Below, in pieces: positions 1 through 12,393 of a stretch of 64,000 nucleotides of DNA (position 1 is its first letter; each line of letters begins with the position of its first letter). The stretch is taken from the NCBI RefSeq assembly GCF_006345805.1, contig NC_043006.1:27156001-27220000 (forward strand), given 5' to 3'. The position numbers and the translations under genes are program-made. The notes beneath the pieces are model-generated. The model was not told the origin of the DNA. It ran no database searches and saw nothing but the letters and a program-made list of their open reading frames with translations. The DNA is from Octopus sinensis (lineage: Eukaryota).

Positions 1-173
1 ATATTTAACAAAAAAGTTTAGCTGTGATGAACCTTTTAGCATGCTTGTTACTTTTGTTTGATGTGGTTATCATATCACTAATTGCTATGTTAACCTTTAT
101 TAACATTGATGCTTTTACTCATACTGGCCTTTCAAACAGTAAGAGACAAATATCTTGTTTAGTATCTCCACAG

Positions 174-287
174 GTGCGTTACTGTGATCGTACACTGAAA
201 TATTTTCAGGGAATTGCCCATAAATGTTGGGTTGTATCTTTCCAATGGATAGAGCAATCTATGAAGAGTGAGATACCATTAAAAGAG
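174..287 (+). CDS. BRCA1: BRCA1 internal exon (BRCT1 core)
   Basis: ctccacag|GTG...GAG|gtagta, phase 0-0. Encodes [38 protein letters not shown], matching human BRCA1 [35 protein letters not shown]. An alternative acceptor 11 nt upstream (tttag) is possible. Confidence 0.9.
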
Positions 288-1000
288 GTAGTAAAAGTTT
301 ATTTCTTCATTTTCTTTTGTTACTTTAATTCAAGCTAATAGCTGTTATTGTACTAAACAATCTCTTCTCTCTAATGCTATGGAATTTTTTAACATTTTAG
401 GGAAGTATTTCAACATATATGTTATATATTATTGTAGCATGCTTATGGCCTAATGAAACCCTGCAGAGACCAGTGTATAAAATAGCTGAAGTAAAACTTG
501 GAATGTCTAAGACAAAATTACTCAACGTGAAGCTCTGAACTGTTAATTACTTTTGACTTAGAATTGTTTTACTAAATTTGTTTATTTTTCTGTGGACAAA
601 ACAGATATGTGGTTTGTGAGGAGTTAGATCAGGGGTCTCCCAAGAGCTCAATATTGAGCTGTGGGGGTCAATGGGACTATTCAAAGGGTCAATAAATGCC
701 TGGGGGTAAAAAGGGAGTTGATAAATGCCAGGGTCAAATGTTGACATTTGTTTAAGAAGTAAAAATACATAAAATACAACTTGCTTATACACATTTTTAA
801 TTGAGCTATAATAATGGCCAGTGTATGGTTATATATTTGAAGGAAATATCTATGTGATGACTGAGGAAGTAAGGAGGTGATGACAGACTCTAGAAAACAT
901 AGAAACTGCACATCTACTAAATTATTATTAATTTATATTTTGTACATGCCTGAGGTTGCTGAGGGATCAATGATTCCATGAAAAAGTTTGGGGATCCTTG

Positions 1001-1170
1001 CGTTTGATGTTTCCATTACCAGTCATGGGTTGGATGGTTTGACAGGAGCTGACAAGCTAGAGGGCTGTACCAGGCTCCAGTCATGTTTTGGCATGATTTC
1101 TACAGCTGGATGCCCTTCTTAATGCCAACCACTTTACAGTACTGGGTGCTTTTTACATGGCATTTGCAGA
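1001..1170 (-). mobile_element. High-copy SINE-type repeat (gagtggttggcattaggaagggcatccagc family), fragment
   Basis: Reverse complement of the family seen in full at 11340-11890. Confidence 0.6.
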
Positions 1171-1560
1171 GATGCTTTTTATGTGGTACCAGAACCTGTG
1201 TAGTTGCTAAGTAGCTTGCGATACAAGGACATCTCAGCTGAGAGAGGGAAAACAACCAGAAGTTGCTGTGAGCAAAGTGAGAGGTTGAAGTATGGTAATG
1301 TCATAGATCATTGGATCAGGACCAACCAGGGTTACACAACCACAACAAGAAGCAGTTTCATTGTTAGTTACAACAGTGAAGACAATTTTCATATAACTGT
1401 TTATGTTGTTTAAAAGAATATTGGAAAGATGAGCTGTATCAGATTTATACTCCTTATTTATTGGCATTACATCTATTTCCTTCTGAACCTGCTGAATTAT
1501 TTTATTTTGTTTTATACTAGTGAATGAAAACAGATTACTAAGCTGTCTTTTGGTTTTTAG

Positions 1561-1696
1561 GCTAATTTTGAAATCACTGGTGATACTGTTAATGGTAAAC
1601 ATCACAGAGGGCCAACACGATCACGTCTATCAAATACAAATCTTTTAACATCCTATCAAATTTATTTTACTGGGGAAACCTCTGAACTACCATTAG
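1561..1696 (+). CDS. BRCA1: BRCA1 exon (inter-BRCT linker and start of BRCT2)
   Basis: tttttag|GCT...TTA G|gttagt, phase 0-1. Encodes ANFEITGDTVNGKHHRGPTRSRLSNTNLLTSYQIYFTGETSELPL, cf. human [46 protein letters not shown]. Confidence 0.9.
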
Positions 1697-2198
1697 GTTA
1701 GTATCTTAATCTTTCTTTTTATCTTCACTTTGTCTCCCTTTGTCTAATAGTATTGGCATAATAAAAACTATGAAAAGAATTTAAATACACAAAAATTAAT
1801 ATATACTCAAATATACAAGGTATCCCAGAAGTCGTGCACCATTCTGGTTTTCATTTAAAATAATTAAAGCATTTTGTTTTATTATATTATATTTTTTTCA
1901 GCATGTTTTATTGTAGAGGGTGCTCAATTTGAGCATTTGTTATGATTAATTTCAATAACGTGTTTTTGAAATCACTAAAGGTATATTCTTTTAAAAAACC
2001 AGGGTGGTGCGCGACTTCTGGGACACGCTGTATATTAACTCAGAATAGAACTTTTGAGATGTAGGTTCTTTAACTCTTTAGCAATCAGATTCTTCTGACA
2101 AATGTAAAGCTTATTTATTCATATTGTTTTGAATTAATCATGAATTATCTCATAGCTTTCAGATTTCAGTGATGTGATTGCTTATTTTCATATGTATG

Positions 2199-2229
<31 letters not shown>

Positions 2230-2373
2230 AAATTCTATTACAAAAAAGTTGACACACCCAGTTAAGATTTTAATTATTGAACTTTGTACCTTTGGTTTTA
2301 ACATTGTCAAAGCAAGAAATTAAATACAATAAAACCAAATAACTAAACTACTAACATAAACATACACATTCGC

Positions 2374-3130
2374 TTACAAAGCTCTCCATACATGAATAAA
2401 TTCTAAACAATAACATAACATAATCAATAAAAATTCCTCCAAAACACCTCGTAAAACTTGATTACTACCCCACTCAAACCCACACACCTGAGGAAAACTC
2501 AAACCCAACAGATCGGTAGGTGAATAGGTGACTGGCAGGTTTCCTGAAGTTAGTATTACAAACCATAAGATCATTTGCATCGCAGAACTCCAGCAGCCTG
2601 GTTCCCTCTTCATTGCAGGAACCCAAATCATAGCCTCCTTGTACCCCATGGAAGTCCCCTGCATATTGTCCCACATGCCCATTGAAGTTGCCAGCCACAA
2701 AGAGAAAGTCCCTGTTATTTGTCAATGAGGTAGTCTGCAAAAGGGTGTCATAAAATCAGTCTTTCTGTCCATCATACAGCCCTGGCTGAGGGGCTTAAGC
2801 CGAGATAATTGTTGCTAACCCATGATGTAGCACTATCACAGACTCTGATTACCTCGATTACCTTATCGACCCATTTCTCCACAAGAAGTATACCCACGCT
2901 CCCGACCCCATCAGTGTCCCCTGCTCAGAAAATCTTATACCTATGTTCTTTGCCTGTGAGGGACCTAGCAGAACCTCCTCTCCACCTTACTTTTTGGATG
3001 CTGCACAAATCTACACATCTCCGTTCAAGCATCTCAACAATCTCACCAGACCCACCTTTCAGTGTGCCAACTCTGAGTGCGAGGGAGGTGTGAGCCTGTG
3101 AGACTCTGGGATGCGGGACAGCAGCATCAT
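2374..3130 (-). mobile_element. RTE-clade LINE fragment, APE endonuclease
   Basis: Broken ORFs with VDLCSIQKVRWRGGSARSL, VAGNFNGHVG and CNEEGTRLLEFCDANDLMVCNTNFRK. Confidence 0.8.
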
Positions 3131-3179
3131 GTAGCAGAAAAGAAAGCTTGTATTTGGCAGAACTCATAAACATACAATA

Positions 3180-5930
3180 GCCCTCAACCTTCATACACTA
3201 CATCATAATTTTATGCACTACATAATCACTACATTACATAGGAGATAAAACCTAAGTAGAAATGGAGGAATATTAAGCCTTTGGAGGTGTTCATGGCAGA
3301 GACATCTGATAGAGGTCAGACTTCCGGGACAGGTGGTGGAGGTGGGAGTGGTGGGTACATCACGAAACAGCAAAAACTCAGGCTGCCAGAGGGAGAAAAT
3401 ATTAATGATAATAATGATAGAATTGGGCATTTGAATTCTTAACTAGAGCTATAACCAACAGTTTTTGGTTAGCCAAACTTTGACAAAATTAGATGAATTA
3501 ATGAATAAGTGACAATAATAAATGAGTGTGAAAGACATAGAGAAAGAGAGAAAGTTGGGTTGAGCAAAGGGATCTTTTTTGTCTTTAAACGTATGGCATG
3601 GAAGGCAAAACTGTGTTTACATAGACAGGTAATGAAATAGGTAATGAAATGAAATAATAAAGTAATTATAATGTGAGGTATACTTGCCATCTCAATATGA
3701 CTAACCACTAAGGGTGGGTGTTACTGATGCTTGTAGCCCCAGGCGAACATCGTCTCCAGCTGGCTTTAGGCACACTTTCTGTGCCCTTATAGTATTTGCA
3801 AAGGGAGGTCACCCTTCCCTCGTCAACCTAAGTGATACGCACGGACTGTAGTTTCTATGTTTTGACCTGTCATCAGCGTACGACAATCACCGGTTTTTGA
3901 TGAAGGAAGGTCCCAATGCAAATTCTTATATCGTTTTTCCAGTAACTTTTCGTCACTGATTTCGAAAAACTGTCTGCAAGCAATAATAAATCTCTGAACG
4001 AGGTATAAACAGTAACTGTGCCTAAAGTCAGCTGGGGACGATGTTCTCTTAGGGCTACAAGCTACAGTAACACCCACCCTTAGTAGTTAGCCATATTGAG
4101 ATGGCAAGTATACCTCACATTGTTGTGCAGTTACTGTTTATACCTCGTTCAGAGATTTAAAGTAATTATAATTGTGCTGAAAAGAGGTTTTAGATGTATG
4201 CTAGGTTGGGAAAACAAAGTTGCTTATCTGAACATCTTCTGGTTTCTACTCTGTGTGGTGGGGTATTAAAATATGAGGTAGGGGAATGCGAATGAGCTAG
4301 TTTATATAGGGATGGGTGGGGTGGGGTGAGCAGAGGTAAAGTGTAAGGAGAAGCAAGTGGTTAACAAAACAGAATGGAATAGAGACCAGAGTTAGGCTGG
4401 TTGAAGACAGAACATGAGGAGACAGAATTTGGGGATTTAGGGTAACATAATTGAATGAATGGATTTAACATTGCCGCAGCTGGAGTGAAAAAATAGTAAT
4501 TCTGATAATGAGATAGAACTGGGTACTGCGAAACAACAAAAACTCAGCCTGCCGGTGTGAGAAAACATCTATATATATAAAACTCAACTTGTGTGTCTAT
4601 CTGTGTGTTTAACTTCCTGGCACATCTCCTCCTAGCCATCAAATCGTAGAACCACCAAAAATGGGTCACTTAAAGTTTAGGCGAATGAAAATTGAACTGC
4701 GCTATTTCTGTTTCGAAATTCATCTTGCAAGTGCAAAAATCGATAATGTGTTTGTTTAGGCCTTATAGATTATAGATTAAAGTTTGAGCATTGAAGGAGG
4801 TAACTCTAGAAAGACTATCAATGTTAGGGAGTAGCCTCCCTTGGAAGAAATAATGGCTGAGTGATAGAATGACATAAGATAGCGAGGGGAATGAGAGTGG
4901 TGTGAGGGGATAGGGGAAAGTAAGATATAAAAATGTTTAGTGAAAGGGAAACAGGCAATGAGAAACCATGGAGAGTATGAGAAATACTGATCTAAAAGAA
5001 TAATTCAACAATGCAATTATTTGATCAACAAAAATTTATGAAACGCTTCTATGTACTTCCTATTGAGGAAATGGAACACATAAGCGCAAAAATAGAGGGC
5101 ATTAAATGCTTGATTTTAAAACCAAAATAATTGAATTTTGATTGGACTTCATCCAAGTTTAGCTTAATTCGCACGTGCATAGAGCGCACGAGCCGGGCAA
5201 TACTGCTAGTTAATGATAATAATGAGATAGAATTGGGCATTTGAATTCTTAACTAGAGCTATAACCAACAGTTTTTGGCCAGTCAAACTTTGACGAAATT
5301 AGTTAAATGAATGAATAAATGACAATAATAAATGAGCATGAAAGAGAGAGAGAGTTGGGTTGATTGAAGGGATTTTAAGTTTTTTTTTCTAAACATACAG
5401 CATGGAACGCGAAACTGTGTTTACGTAGATAATGATAATAATGAGATAATGAAATGAAATAATAAAGTAATTATAATTGTGCTAAAAAGAGGTTTTAGAT
5501 GTGTGCTAGGTTGGAAAACAAGGTTGCTTACCTGAATGTTTTCTGGTTTTTACTCCATGTGGCGGAGTATTAAAATATGAGGTAGGAGAACCTGAATGAG
5601 CTAGTTTATATAGGGTGGGGTAGGGGTAGCAGAGGTAAAGTGTTGGGAGAAGCAAGTGGTTAAGGAAACAGAGAGAGAGAGAGACCAGAGTTAGGCTGGT
5701 CCAAGAAAGAACACGAGGAGATGGACTTTTGGGATTTAGGGTAACATAACTGAATGAATGGGTTTAGCACTGCTGCTGCTGGATTGAAAGAATAATGATT
5801 TTGATAATGAGAGAGAATTGGGCACTGTGAAGCAGCAAAAACCTTAGGCTGCCGGTGTGAGAGAATATTAATGATAATAATGAGATAGAATTGGGCATTT
5901 GAATTCTTAGCTAGAGCTATAACCAGCACT
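3180..5930. mobile_element. Rearranged composite of a purine-rich repeat (probably Penelope-like), with direct and inverted internal duplications
   Basis: gaattgggcatttgaattctta recurs near 3420, 5230 and 5890. aaatatgaggtagg...gagctagttt recurs near 4270 and 5575. Inverted arms at 3669-3774 and 4019-4122. Family assignment is tentative. Confidence 0.55.
4567..4760 (+). mobile_element. Helitron-like 5' end fragment
   Basis: A|TCTATATATATAAAA followed by gtgtgtctatctgtgtgt, the same start pattern as the complete element at 59335-59687. Confidence 0.4.
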
Positions 5931-5985
5931 TAGGCACTTTACAATAAAGAAAATTTCTAATTTCATTTATACATTTCAATTTCAG

Positions 5986-6117
5986 AGGTCTTAGAAAATT
6001 TGGTAAAAACTCTTGGTGGAAAATTGGTGACTAATTCTAACTGTTTTGATCTGAAGTCTAAAAAAACTTGTTTAATTATATCATCTGGTAATCAGGAGTC
6101 TCATAAGTTAGCAAAAA
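5986..6117 (+). CDS. BRCA1: BRCA1 exon (BRCT2)
   Basis: tttcag|AG GTC...AAA A|gtaagt, phase 1-1. Encodes (E)VLENLVKTLGGKLVTNSNCFDLKSKKTCLIISSGNQESHKLAK, cf. human DQLEWMVQLCGASVVKEL. Confidence 0.85.
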
Positions 6118-8224
6118 GTAAGTCTGATTTAACTTTCATATTTCTTTCTCCGTTTTCAAAACAATAGATTGCCTCTTATGCTCAATGTTTTTAATTGTGT
6201 TTTTTCTTCTGTCCTAGCTATAAACGAACACACATGTCTGTACATGTATACATATGTGTATGTGTGTCTGTCTGTTTGTATGTATGTGTATATTGCTTAG
6301 GCATTGTGAGACAACCTGGTGTAGAACTCGATATTCATTTGCTGCAGAACAAAGTGTTAGTTGAATACAGGATAAGAACATGAAATGACAAAGAAATAAA
6401 TGATTGTCTTAAGAACTTCATCAGCTTTACTGCTGTTTCTGCTATAAGATACAGTGGACTCAGTTGAGTACCTGAAATAAATTACACTTCATAATTGAGG
6501 CTCTAATGAAGCTACAAGGTGTTACTCAGGCACTCAAAAGAGGGATGCAGAAGAAAATGGAGGGAAGGGAGCAGCAGGATAATAATGATATGGTTGACAG
6601 GGTGGGGATCAGAAAGAGATTTGACATGTAGTTAGGTAGGCTGCAGGAGTGTGGGGTTACAGAGGTAGCAGGATTGGTGCTGCAGAGAGATAAGTTGGTG
6701 ATCTGATGGTGGTGGTGGTGGATGGCAAATGTAATAATATGGGTGGAGAGAACAATGAAGAATGGATAACAAGTGAAATGGCTCCATGTATCAAGAAAAA
6801 AATAAAATGATATCAAAGGAGAGCTGCAGTGAGGAAAAAGATGGATGGATTGGGTGACTTGAAGTGGAGATTGGGTGAAATACCATTTACACATATATAT
6901 ATATATATATAAATGAAAGGGGCAGGCAACAGGTTGCTTGGCCGCATACCGAAAAAATTAGAAATAGCAGTCATAGACTGTTTATTTCTATTTTCTACAA
7001 ATGGGACTCCACATACGACATATCCCTGTAATTCACGTATGCAAATTAGATGGAATAAATAACGAAAACAAAGTCTAACGGTCATTTGCGAACATGTTTC
7101 TAGATTAGAAATATAATTTCATATCTTTCATCAGCGCAACTCTCCATTAAAATAGATTTATCAAATGCTACGTACCTCGACCTTCTGACCAGGCGACATA
7201 TATATACACACATACATACATACATATAATGCTTCCAGAATTCAGTTCTGATAAGGTGGACAGTGTCTTTTTGAGAGTCACATATCACCAGCCATCCTAG
7301 TCTTTTGTCATTTCTTCCATGAGGCTCAAGGTTCTGAGGTCAACCATAGCCACTTTGTCGCATGTTCTTCTGGGTCTCCTTTCACAAGTTCTGATCGCGT
7401 TAACTCATTGCCATACTCACTCACCCACTCTCTCTCCTCATACACACTATTTTTTATTGAAACTGTAACTAAAAGTTTGTTTTGTGACTTGAGTTTCACA
7501 TTACTACAACTTGAGGTGCAAGACAAACTGTTTTTAAAAAAAAAATCATATCCTTTTCAACATGTATTGAGCACTCCTCTCATATTCATTCAACCTAAAT
7601 ACACACACACATGTTCATATATATGTATGTATGTGCATGTATATTTTTTGTATAATCTGTTTTTTGGTATCATAATAATACAACTGAAATGTGTATACAA
7701 TGTATCAAATTAACATATTTCTCTAACTCTACTTCCACTTTATATTAAATGGTTTGTGGTTTTAAGTGGGGAAATATTTTTAATAAACACATTCAACAAC
7801 TTATCTTCCACCGAAGAGCCATTACAATAACTAAAGCTTGGAGTCACTTCTAATTTCTTTCTAGTCAAATAAACTGTTGTGTGATGCATTTTGCTCCTAG
7901 ATATGAGCAGGTCTCAACGGTTGTTGAAATTGCCTAAATGAGTCAAGACTATAATATTAAACAGCTATTAAGTTATGTTGCATGAGTTGTATAGTGGTAA
8001 GCAGCTGGCAAGGTGACCGTAAGACATAGGGCTGAGGTCATTTCCCAGGACTTGATGTAATTTCAGTGCTGAGTTCTACTGGAGCCAATTTTAATACAAT
8101 CAGCTTTAGCCTTGAAATACCTCAAGCAACAATCAAACTGTTTTGACTGACTTAGTTTACTTGGAATATTCTCTTTACTCCTGGGCAATCATATCAGATA
8201 ATTGCTTATAATATAATAGGATAT

Positions 8225-8457
8225 ACTCTTTACTCTTTTACTTGTTTCAGTCATTTGACTGCGGCCATGGTGGAGCACCACCTTTAATCGAGCAACTCAA
8301 CCCCGGGACTTATTCTTTTGTAAGCCTAGTACTTATTCTATCGGTCTCTTTTGCCGAACCGCTAAGTAACAGGGACATAAACACACCAGCATCAGTTGTC
8401 AAGCAATGCTAGGGGGACAAACACAGACACACAAACACACACACGCATATATATATA

Positions 8458-8543
<86 letters not shown>

Positions 8544-8708
8544 ATATATACGACGAGCTTCTTTCAGTTTCTGTCTACCAAATCCACTCACAAGGCTTTG
8601 GTCAGCCCAAGGCTATAGTAGAAGACACTTGCCCAAGGTGCCACACAGTGGGACTGAACCCGGAACCATGTGGTTGGTAAACAAGCTACTTACCACACAT
8701 CCACTCCT
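8225..8708 (-). mobile_element. tRNA-derived SINE (octopus OK/OR-type) with internal (TA)n/(CA)n
   Basis: Head (minus strand) aggagtggatgtgtggtaagtagcttg...ggttccgggttcagtcccac with A/B-box-like motifs. Near-identical copies at 15860, 21075 and 24305. Confidence 0.8.
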
Positions 8709-9179
8709 TATAATGTAATATAATATAAAATGACTGGAATCAACACATTTAGGAGAAGATTGAAGCTATAATTGCAAGATAAACGTATTTATCTCTGCAC
8801 TGCTTATCGCCACATAATTTAGAGAGGACAATAACAAACTTAAATAGAACAATGTCTGTTCACTTTTGACGCTACCACCACTGTTACTGCCGCCACAGTC
8901 ACTACCATCATCGCAGTTGCCACTGCCAGCTGTAGCAGTAACAGTAGGCAGGAAGATGGTACTAAACTAAATAGTCTGCAGTATATGAGTTTATTTTGTT
9001 TGATGTTCTGAGATCAAATCTCAAAACATTTCATTTTTATTATTTTAATAAAACATGAAGTCACAAAATGTTGGGTTCAATTTAATTATAACCCTAACTC
9101 CTCTTTAAAAAAACCAAAAAAACACCCAAGAAATCATTATTATAGTTCTTGTTCTGACTGATGACAGTACCACCTGATT

Positions 9180-9720
9180 GGCACCCTTGCCAGTGGGACG
9201 TAAAAAGCACTATTCGAGTGTGGTTGATGCCAATGCCGCCTGACTATTCCCATGTTGCCCCCCCCCCCCATTAAATACCAATTAAATCTATTTGATCAAT
9301 TTCCATGGAAACCATATAATAAGTTGATATTTTAGATAAGTAATAAGTATATAAATATTAATCTATTTTCCTTGCAATTTCCTTTTCCTCCCTCTATTGT
9401 GGTAAAAATTTGGTGTATACTCATAATATTCAAAGAAGTGGTATCCTTTTGTTAAAATTTTCATTCTTAATCTTCTTGGTTACCCTGCCAGTGCTGGTTG
9501 CCACATTAAAAGCATCAAGTTCACACTGTAACGTGGTTGGTGTTTGGAAGGGCATCCAGCTGTAAAAATCATACCAAAACTAACCTTCGCTGTGATTGGT
9601 GTTAGGAAGGGCATCCAGCCATAAATTCCCTGCCAAAACAGACACAGTAGCCTAGGGTAGCTTTTCTGCCTTGCCGGCTCCTGTCAACTGTCCTACCCTT
9701 GCTTGCATGGAAGAGGGACA
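9180..9720 (+). mobile_element. SINE-type repeat fragments (gccagtg...aaaagcac / ggaagggcatccagc family)
   Basis: Shares motifs with 11340-11890. The ggaagggcatccagc block is duplicated (near 9547 and 9606). Confidence 0.55.
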
Positions 9721-9779
9721 TTATACAATGATATATATATATATAAATCTGAGACCAGTATACATATATGTATACTGGG

Positions 9780-10140
9780 TACTAGGTCTGTGGGTACTAG
9801 GTCTGTGGGTAGACCGATCTTACGTTACAAGGATATTTGCAAAAGGGATATGAAGGCCTGCAACATCAACATTAGCGGTTGGGAGGCAGTCGCCGGCAAC
9901 CGTGGAGAATGGCGACGTACAGTAAAAGAGGGTATACAGAGGAGTGACAGAAAGAGAGAGGAGAAATGGAAAGAAAGGAAGAGACCATGACACTACAACC
10001 AGCCAGGAACAGTCTTCGCTACATTTGCAGTACCTGCCAGAGGGAGTGTTTGTCCAGGATAGGACTACACAGCCACAGCAAGAAATGTAACAGGAAATAA
10101 AATATAACAGCCGGACTAGACCTAGAAAAAAAAAAAAAAA
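9780..10140 (+). mobile_element. RTE (BovB-like) LINE 3' end with A-rich tail
   Basis: RPILRYKDICKRDMKACNINISGWEAVAGNRGEWRRTVKEG, followed by a poly(A) run near 10126-10141. Confidence 0.8.
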
Positions 10141-10480
10141 ATGCGCAACTCCATTGTCTCCCGAGACAGAAAGGATGCCAATACAATACATATATGTAAA
10201 TCTGAGATGGGTACACACACACACACACACACATGCAAATGTAAACCTGAAACATGTATACATCTAGATATATTCATAGACATATACTGTAGCATTGTAA
10301 TTTATTACAATACATAGTGTGAAGTCCCTATAAAAGAATGATCCTGATATATTTTAGGTTTTAGTGTAAACTATTGATTCATTTCTTTTCAAAAATTCGT
10401 TTTTAACATTTCCCAAACTTGTTTATTGTTTGGCATATAGCACAAAAACAAGTTTTCAACTTTTAATTTTTTATTTTCAG

Positions 10481-10584
10481 ATGTTCATAAAAAGAAAGGT
10501 GTGTTACTGTTATCCCGCGAGTGGCTTTTAGACTCTTTGGCAATGTATGAAATACAGTCTTTGGATGGTTACATTTTATTATGA
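10481..10584 (+). CDS. BRCA1: BRCA1 terminal coding exon
   Basis: ttattttcag|AT GTT...TGA, phase 1. Encodes (N)VHKKKGVLLLSREWLLDSLAMYEIQSLDGYILL*, cf. human [33 protein letters not shown]. Confidence 0.9.
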
Positions 10585-10841
10585 TATTGGATTTAAGGGT
10601 ATTTATTTAATTTTTTCTTACTGACAAAACCATTAAGATTACCTTTATTAGTCAGTAAAAGAAAAATTCTTCAAAAGCTTTGTGAAAAATTCATATGTCA
10701 TATATACTGGTTGTAATATGGTTCCTGCTATTGATGGACTTCCGTTACACATTTTCTGATTTCCACAATCTATGCAGCATTGCTTCTTTTTGATTACATC
10801 ACATTTAGACTTTTGTTTGCTTTCTTCAAGTTCTAATTCTT

Positions 10842-10855
10842 AATAAATTAATAAA
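10842..10855 (+). terminator. Candidate poly(A) signals for BRCA1 (two AATAAA)
   Basis: AATAAA at 10842-10847 and 10850-10855, about 260 nt after the stop, followed by a T-rich tract. The background is AT-rich, so this is weak. Confidence 0.3.
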
Positions 10856-11339
10856 GTTTTTGTTATTTTATTTTGTTTTAACTTTCGGCAGCATTTGTTT
10901 ATATCATCATCTTCATCTACTTTCCCATGCTTTCATGGATTGGACAGAATTTTGTTGGAGCAAATTTTCTACAGATGGATACCCTTCCTGTTGCTAACTC
11001 TCACCTGTTTTTAAATAAGGTAATATTTTCCCATGAAAGACTGGAAACAAAGGATGATACTTGCATGACAGAGACGTTCATTCACAACTATCACACAGTG
11101 TCAAGGTAAAAAGACAATAACACACACACACGACAGGCTTTACAAGGCTTTGATCAATCTTGGGCTATAACAGAAGACATGTATCCAAGGTAAGATTGAA
11201 CTGAGAACCATGTGGTTGGGAAGCAAACAGAAACTGTGGACTAAAGAAAAGTACATGCACTTAGATGTCCTTTTCTATAGGCCTGCAACTCATCATCATC
11301 ATTGTTTAATGTCTGCTTATGCCTACTTATGACTACCCG

Positions 11340-11890
11340 TCATTCATTTGACAATAAACTTTGCTTGCGAAAACCTATTGAGGCAAGTGAAATCAAATCA
11401 AAATCGCTGACGTGGCCGATGACAGTTCTGCCTGATTAGCACTCATGCCAGTGGAACGTTAAAAGCACATCTGAGTGTGATCGTTGCCAGGGCCATGGAT
11501 TGGCTCCCGTGCCAGTGACACGTAAAAAGCACCATTTGAACTTGTTCGTTGCCAGCGTCGCCTTACCGGCACATGTGCCTGTGGCATGTGAAAAACAACA
11601 TTCGAGCATGTTTTTGTTGCTAGTGCTGCTGGACTGGCTCCTGTGTAGGTAGCACATAAAAAACACCTTTTGAGCGTGGTCGTTGCCAGAACTGCCTGAC
11701 TGGCCCTTGTGCCGGTGGCATGTAAAAGTACTCACTACACTGTCGGAGTGGTTGGCATTAGGAAGGATATCCAGCTGTAGAAACTTTGCCAGATTGGACT
11801 GGAGCCTGGTGCAACCTTCTGGCTCATCAGTCCTCAGTCAAACTGTCAGCATGGAAAGTGGACGTTAAACGACGATGATGATGATAATGA
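11340..11890 (+). mobile_element. SINE-type repeat with internal ~60-bp tandem units and (GAT)n tail
   Basis: Repeated gccagtg..acgtaaaaagcac units, then gagtggttggcattaggaagg..atccagctgtagaaa, ending acgttaaacgacgatgatgatg. Confidence 0.75.
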
Positions 11891-12393
11891 TGTATATATA
11901 TATATATCCTTTATCAAGAACAACATCTTAGCCAGGCATTTAAACAACTATTGTGTTACACTGTCTCTTTCTATGATGATAGAAACAATATTAATTACCA
12001 TCTCTTAAAATAATTAGTTATGCCTTCATGAAAACTAACTACTGACATGAAGACATAATGGTCCAAAATTGGTGGTAATAGTTATGTAAGTTTGACAATA
12101 ATAAAACACAATTGTTGACATGGAAACCTTACTGTGAAAAAATCTTTAGCAGAAAAATCGACAAAAATCAAACCTAGAATATAAGAAGTAATGCAGATGT
12201 TAAATCTATTTCAATACTTGAATATTAGATTTGATGAAGGTTTGGAAACATTGAATATGGATTTTAAAACTTTATTGTTTCAAAGTAAATACAAGAAAGT
12301 AAAATATATAAAAAAGATAAGAAACTGAAACATAGTTTGATAATGAAATATGTATAAGAGACAAGCTTTTCACCTTATGCATGAATATATATA

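Noticed and set aside
10648-10841. Open minus-strand frame (ELEESKQ...FSFTD*) first considered as the kinase-like last exon
   Set aside because: No good phase-2 acceptor, it is antisense to the BRCA1 3' UTR, and a better exon was found at 15127-14977.
11436-11735. Regular ~60-bp repeats that could suggest a CRISPR-like array
   Set aside because: Degenerate internal tandem units of a eukaryotic SINE-type family, with no constant repeat plus unique spacers and no cas genes.
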